Positions 25,949 through 29,572 of a stretch of DNA of 29,572 bases are shown piece after piece. The stretch lies in the NCBI GenBank assembly GCA_043778225.1, contig JAYWGM010000037.1, positions 1 through 29,572 of the forward strand. Reading direction: 5' to 3'. The notes below the pieces were generated by a model. It was not told the DNA's origin, made no database searches, and worked only from the letters and a program-made list of their open reading frames with translations. Every line of letters begins with the position of its first letter. Position 1 is the stretch's first letter. The DNA is from Deinococcales bacterium. GTDB taxonomy: Bacteria; Deinococcota; Deinococci; Deinococcales; JAAFIG01. Made by a program: the position numbers and the translations under genes.

Positions 25949-27622
25949 TCAATCCTCGAGAATTAAACCAGTCAGTGTAGGATTCTTTTTTTGGCTGCTG
26001 ACTTGGTTTTTACCTAGGCGCTTGGCTTGATACATTTGTAGGTCGGCAAGGTTTAAGAGTTTTTCGTGACTTTCGAGGTTGGTATCCGAAGTAATGCCTA
26101 TCGAGGCAGTGACTCGTAATTGCGGCGAAATTTCAAACCAAGGGTATTTTTCTATCGTTAAGCGCAATCGTTCGCAAATTGTGGTGGCTTGGCTCAGGCT
26201 GGCTTTAGGCAAAACCAAGACAAGTTCTTCTCCACCATAGCGAGCAGCAGTGTCTTTAGAGCGAATCGTATTTCGCATCAGTTCGCCTGTTATCGCCAGC
26301 ACTTGGTCACCGATTTGATGTGAAAATTGGTCGTTGACCTGCTTAAAATTATCCAAGTCAATCAGTGCCACGCTAAGCGGATATTGACCGGTTTTGGCAA
26401 GTTTTAATTCTTGTGCCAAAACTTGCTCGAGGTAATGACGGTTGTACAGCCCAGTCAGCGCATCTCGAGTGGCGAGAATTTGCAATTCTTGGGTTTTTAT
26501 CCCGAGTTCCTCGAGCAATTTAGCTTTTTCATTATTGGCTTCTTGGACTTTACCCAGTAGTTCAGACAATTCAATATTTTTAATTCGGCTCATTTCGGCT
26601 TCGGCAATGGTTTTTTCAAAATCCCGCTCGAGCGTAAATAAGCGCAATTCTTGCTCAACATTGTGTTGGCGTTGTTGTTCATGAATTTTATGATAAATCT
26701 CAAAGGCTTCAAGGGCAGCTTTTGGTCGATGCTGCGACTTATAAATCAGGTACTGAGCATGAGCAATCTGAGCTTGAATCGGAATAATCTTTAGTTTCAA
26801 AGCAATTTTTTTTGCATCTTCCAAGGAATCCAAGGCTTCTTGCCAATCCAGCAAACACTTTTGAGCTTCGGCAATGTTTAATAAGCAGTAAATCTTACCT
26901 TCGGGCGTAACGCCAACCTCAATCATTTGCAACGCCTGATACAAAATTTGCAATGCCTGATGATAACGACCCATTTTGGTATAGGCTTCGCCAAAGTTGA
27001 CCAGATTGCGTACTTGGTGCTGTTTTAAGTTGCGCTGCTCCGCTTCCTTGATAACATTTTGAAACAGCATCACAGCTTCGTCATACCGTCCTAAAGCGGT
27101 ATAACTCATTGCCACATTACCATTGACCTCGAGATGCCGAACAGGATTAGGAAATTCTTGAAGAATCTCCAAAGCAGAAAAATAGGCTGATATGGCTTCT
27201 TCGTGCCGCCCCAAATCTTGCAAAAGTGTACCAATGTTATATTTAAGCGGCACAAGAGACTCGGGTTGCTGCTGGGTTTGCTGGATGTAAATAGCATTCT
27301 CGAGATACTGCAAAGCCGTATTCAGGTTGCCCATTCCTCGGTAAACACCAGCTAAGAAATTACTCGACTCTGCAACCAATTCAGGTAAATCATACCGCCG
27401 ACCAGTCTCGAGCGCAGCAGTTAAGCGATCCCAAGCTGACTCGAGGTTGCCACCAATTAAATCCATATATCCAAGGTTGCGATAAGCTAGACCTATCGCT
27501 ATCGAATCAGCATTGAGCTTAGCTTGTCTCAGCAAGATTTTACTTTGTGTAATGACTTTTTTTGGGTACTGATGCCGTTCTGCCCAAAGCAATTCTACAG
27601 TTTGATGAAGTAAGTTGGACAT
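25949..27622 (-). CDS. TPR-repeat diguanylate cyclase
   Basis: About seven TPR-like repeats, coiled coil, D.LTGLYNR, D.DNFK.VND..H..GD, RSKD I-site, GGEEL; TAGACT 6 nt before ATG. Confidence 0.93.
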   Translation of the reverse strand: MSNLLHQTVELLWAERHQYPKKVITQSKILLRQAKLNADSIAIGLAYRNLGYMDLIGGNLESAWDRLTAALETGRRYDLPELVAESSNFLAGVYRGMGNLNTALQYLENAIYIQQTQQQPESLVPLKYNIGTLLQDLGRHEEAISAYFSALEILQEFPNPVRHLEVNGNVAMSYTALGRYDEAVMLFQNVIKEAEQRNLKQHQVRNLVNFGEAYTKMGRYHQALQILYQALQMIEVGVTPEGKIYCLLNIAEAQKCLLDWQEALDSLEDAKKIALKLKIIPIQAQIAHAQYLIYKSQHRPKAALEAFEIYHKIHEQQRQHNVEQELRLFTLERDFEKTIAEAEMSRIKNIELSELLGKVQEANNEKAKLLEELGIKTQELQILATRDALTGLYNRHYLEQVLAQELKLAKTGQYPLSVALIDLDNFKQVNDQFSHQIGDQVLAITGELMRNTIRSKDTAARYGGEELVLVLPKASLSQATTICERLRLTIEKYPWFEISPQLRVTASIGITSDTNLESHEKLLNLADLQMYQAKRLGKNQVSSQKKNPTLTGLILED

Positions 27623-27661
27623 GGTTAAAGTCTAATTCGTTTCTCGAAAAAAATCCATGAT

Positions 27662-28930
27662 TTATTTAATTTTTTTAACTTCTTGGGCAAACAACAAGAG
27701 GTCGAGTCTGCCATAGCCAATTGCTTTCTTATAGTTAGGATTAATTTTTTCAATATCGCGTGATTTCTCTTTGACTGCTTTTCCTAGTTTACGAATGTCG
27801 CTGTAGGTACGTTCGGCTAATGCCAATGCCAAGCTGGCACTGACCATTGGAGTTGCCATTGAAGTTCCACTCCAAGCTGCCACTCGATTATCTGGGGCTG
27901 GAGCATAAATCAATTCGCCAGGAGCGGACATCCCAACATCATCTCTGCCATAGCTCGAGAAGCTCGAAAGTTGGTCGGTTTTACCAACACTGGTAACACT
28001 GATTGCCATATCGCCCCAACGACCATTTTTACCATCCCGTCCACAAGCTCGAGCAGGAAAATTGACGTTTTGATCACCATTGTTACCACTGGCTGTGACC
28101 ACAAAAATACCTTTACGGGTGGCGTTATCAAGTGCCAAAGCAACCGCTTCTGAAGCAAATGTGCCAAGCGAAAGGTTAATAACTTTTGCGCCTTTTTGCA
28201 CCGCCCAGTTGATGGCTGCAATCACATCATCGCTGTCGCCAATGCCATTTTTATCAAGTACACGCAACGGCATGATTTGGGCTTTTTCGGCAATCTGAGC
28301 AATGATGCCAGCAATGTTTGTACCGTGTCCATAAGCCTCACCTAAAACTTCTTGTGGAATAGCATCGTTGTCCACAAAATCATAGCGTTCGGTTGGTGCA
28401 ACTAGACGGGTTGCAAAAGCAGGGTGATTTAAGTCAATTCCAGTGTCAATCACAGCAATTTTAATACCCAAGCCGAGTTTTGGAAAAGCAACTCGAGCAT
28501 CAGCCAGCTTAATTTGATCCCAAACCGCCTGATTTTGACCAGTTCCAAAAATCGAGCCTTGCCCAGAACCCCAAGTCGCCCATCCAGAACCCCAAGTTGC
28601 CCAACCAGAACCCCAAGTTGCCCAGCCACTCGAGTCAACTGGCATTCCAAGTGCAGCAGCCGCTTTACGGGTCTCGAGGACTCGTATTGACCCAACATTG
28701 GGTTGTGAACTTTGCAGATATAATTGACTATCGGCAGCTTGTCCGATAATCGCTTTGCCAAGTTCTGGATACCATGCAACCAGCCTCGAGCCGTACATTT
28801 CTGGAGTATCACCCGAATTTATTTCGATGGCTGTTAAAGAATCAAATTTAGTTTGAGGTTGTGGCTGGTTAACGCAACCAAGCAGTCCTAGGCTTAGCGT
28901 TAAAAATCCCGTAATTGTTTGTTTTTGCAT
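27662..28930 (-). CDS. Lipoprotein subtilase (S8) with three SGWATWG repeats
   Basis: Lipobox LLGC; triad motifs VIDTG, HGT, GTSMATP; oxyanion SGN; GGAG RBS. Confidence 0.95.
   Translation of the reverse strand: MQKQTITGFLTLSLGLLGCVNQPQPQTKFDSLTAIEINSGDTPEMYGSRLVAWYPELGKAIIGQAADSQLYLQSSQPNVGSIRVLETRKAAAALGMPVDSSGWATWGSGWATWGSGWATWGSGQGSIFGTGQNQAVWDQIKLADARVAFPKLGLGIKIAVIDTGIDLNHPAFATRLVAPTERYDFVDNDAIPQEVLGEAYGHGTNIAGIIAQIAEKAQIMPLRVLDKNGIGDSDDVIAAINWAVQKGAKVINLSLGTFASEAVALALDNATRKGIFVVTASGNNGDQNVNFPARACGRDGKNGRWGDMAISVTSVGKTDQLSSFSSYGRDDVGMSAPGELIYAPAPDNRVAAWSGTSMATPMVSASLALALAERTYSDIRKLGKAVKEKSRDIEKINPNYKKAIGYGRLDLLLFAQEVKKIK
28563..28625 (-). repeat. 3 x 21-bp coding tandem repeat (WATWGSG)
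   Basis: CCAGAACCCCAAGT(C/T)GCCCA(T/A/G) three times; differences fall mainly at synonymous positions. Confidence 0.95.
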
Positions 28931-29186
28931 TGCTTTTCTCCCTGATGGTATGAATAACTAATCTCTACTCTAATGTTAGTCTATTTAATCTTGGCATACA
29001 ATCTTATTATTACATTGCTTCAATCTTGATATACCTCCGAAAAGATATGTGCTACAAGCGATTTGAACCAAAATACCAAGTGGCTTTATATTAATTTCGT
29101 ACAACACTCTTACGGAATCCTTACAAGCCTGAGCCAAGGATTTTACAAAGCTAGAATCCACACATGACTTTGTGTAGACTGTTTTC

Positions 29187-29393
29187 ATGGCAACAAATTT
29201 ACATTTAGATGAAGCTCTGGTGCGCGAAGTTCTCGAGGTCTCGGGCAAACGCACCAAGCGCGAGGCTGTGACCGAAGCCCTTTCGGAGTATTTGCAGCGC
29301 AAAAAGCAACTTAAAATCCTCGAGTTTTTTGGCACAATGGAATTCCACGACGATTGGGATTATAAACGCCAACGCGGTAAAGGTTATTGTTGA
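29187..29393 (+). CDS. vapB: VapB-family antitoxin
   Basis: MATNL.LD..L......G..TKRE.V..AL.EY...DYK; TAGACT 6 nt before ATG. Confidence 0.88.
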   Translation: MATNLHLDEALVREVLEVSGKRTKREAVTEALSEYLQRKKQLKILEFFGTMEFHDDWDYKRQRGKGYC

Positions 29394-29476
29394 CACTGAT
29401 GTCTGGTCGGAGTCGTTACGCAAGAAAAAAGGTATTGCTTCAGAAGCCGTTTTACAACTCGAGGAACTGATTCGGG
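29377..29476 (+). pseudogene. vapC: Truncated vapC (PIN N-terminus only)
   Basis: VKVIVDTDVWS..LR; GTA stands where a GTG start is expected; similarity stops at the IS end. Confidence 0.75.
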
Positions 29477-29572
29477 TAGGGCAAACGCACCAAGTTGAGC
29501 TTGCTGTACCCTAAAGAATGATTATCAATATCATCGAACATTTCAGTACCCTCGAAGACGCTCGTCGTGACC
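29477..29572 (+). mobile_element. Left end of an ISAs1-family element; transposase starts at 29518 and runs off the window
   Basis: TAGGGCAAACGCA resembles the ISAs1 terminal repeat (CAGGGC...GCA); ORF MIINIIEHFSTLEDARRD matches the EHF..L.DPR N-terminus of ISAs1 transposases. Confidence 0.75.

Noticed and set aside
28563..28625. 21-bp repeats as a CRISPR array
   Set aside because: No spacers, in frame within the S8 gene, and no cas genes.
28931..29175. ncRNA or riboswitch in the AT-rich intergenic region
   Set aside because: No convincing stems or known motif; consistent with divergent promoters.
454..29463. CTCGAG as an XhoI cloning or assembly artefact
   Set aside because: Sites lie in frame inside intact conserved proteins (ArgG, ArgH, Liv) with no break in homology.

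Overview
A 29.6-kb bacterial chromosomal segment, very probably Deinococcota. The inference rests on about ten leaderless genes with TANNNT 6-7 nt before ATG, DUF4388/Uma2/wHTH families, and an argG...argH-arg(A) layout. Contents in order: the tail of an IS630-like transposase; SIMPL, B12-radical SAM and DUF4388-type genes; a frameshifted Nudix gene; an arginine operon in which about 13 small co-oriented accessory units (three TA-like modules, GTAG-REPs, pseudogenes) sit between argG and argH; a FadR regulator and an output-less HAMP membrane protein divergent from a liv-type ABC transporter; MNT-HEPN; EamA; an S9 peptidase; a TPR-GGDEF protein; a lipoprotein subtilase with three SGWATWG repeats; and a vapBC pair broken by an ISAs1-like element. 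The strongest unexplained signal is the palindrome CTCGAG, about 187 copies by manual count (about 6/kb, against roughly 5-7 expected in the whole window). It occurs in all reading frames, and several local duplications end on it or are centred on it, which suggests a HIP1-like iterated palindrome tied to recombination. Other candidates for new biology are a subtilase-embedded repeat peptide with a TPR-diguanylate cyclase (possible peptide signalling), an Arg-Arg leader peptide upstream of argG, and a HAMP-only/FadR/binding-protein sensing module. All family calls come from motif recognition; no database search was run.
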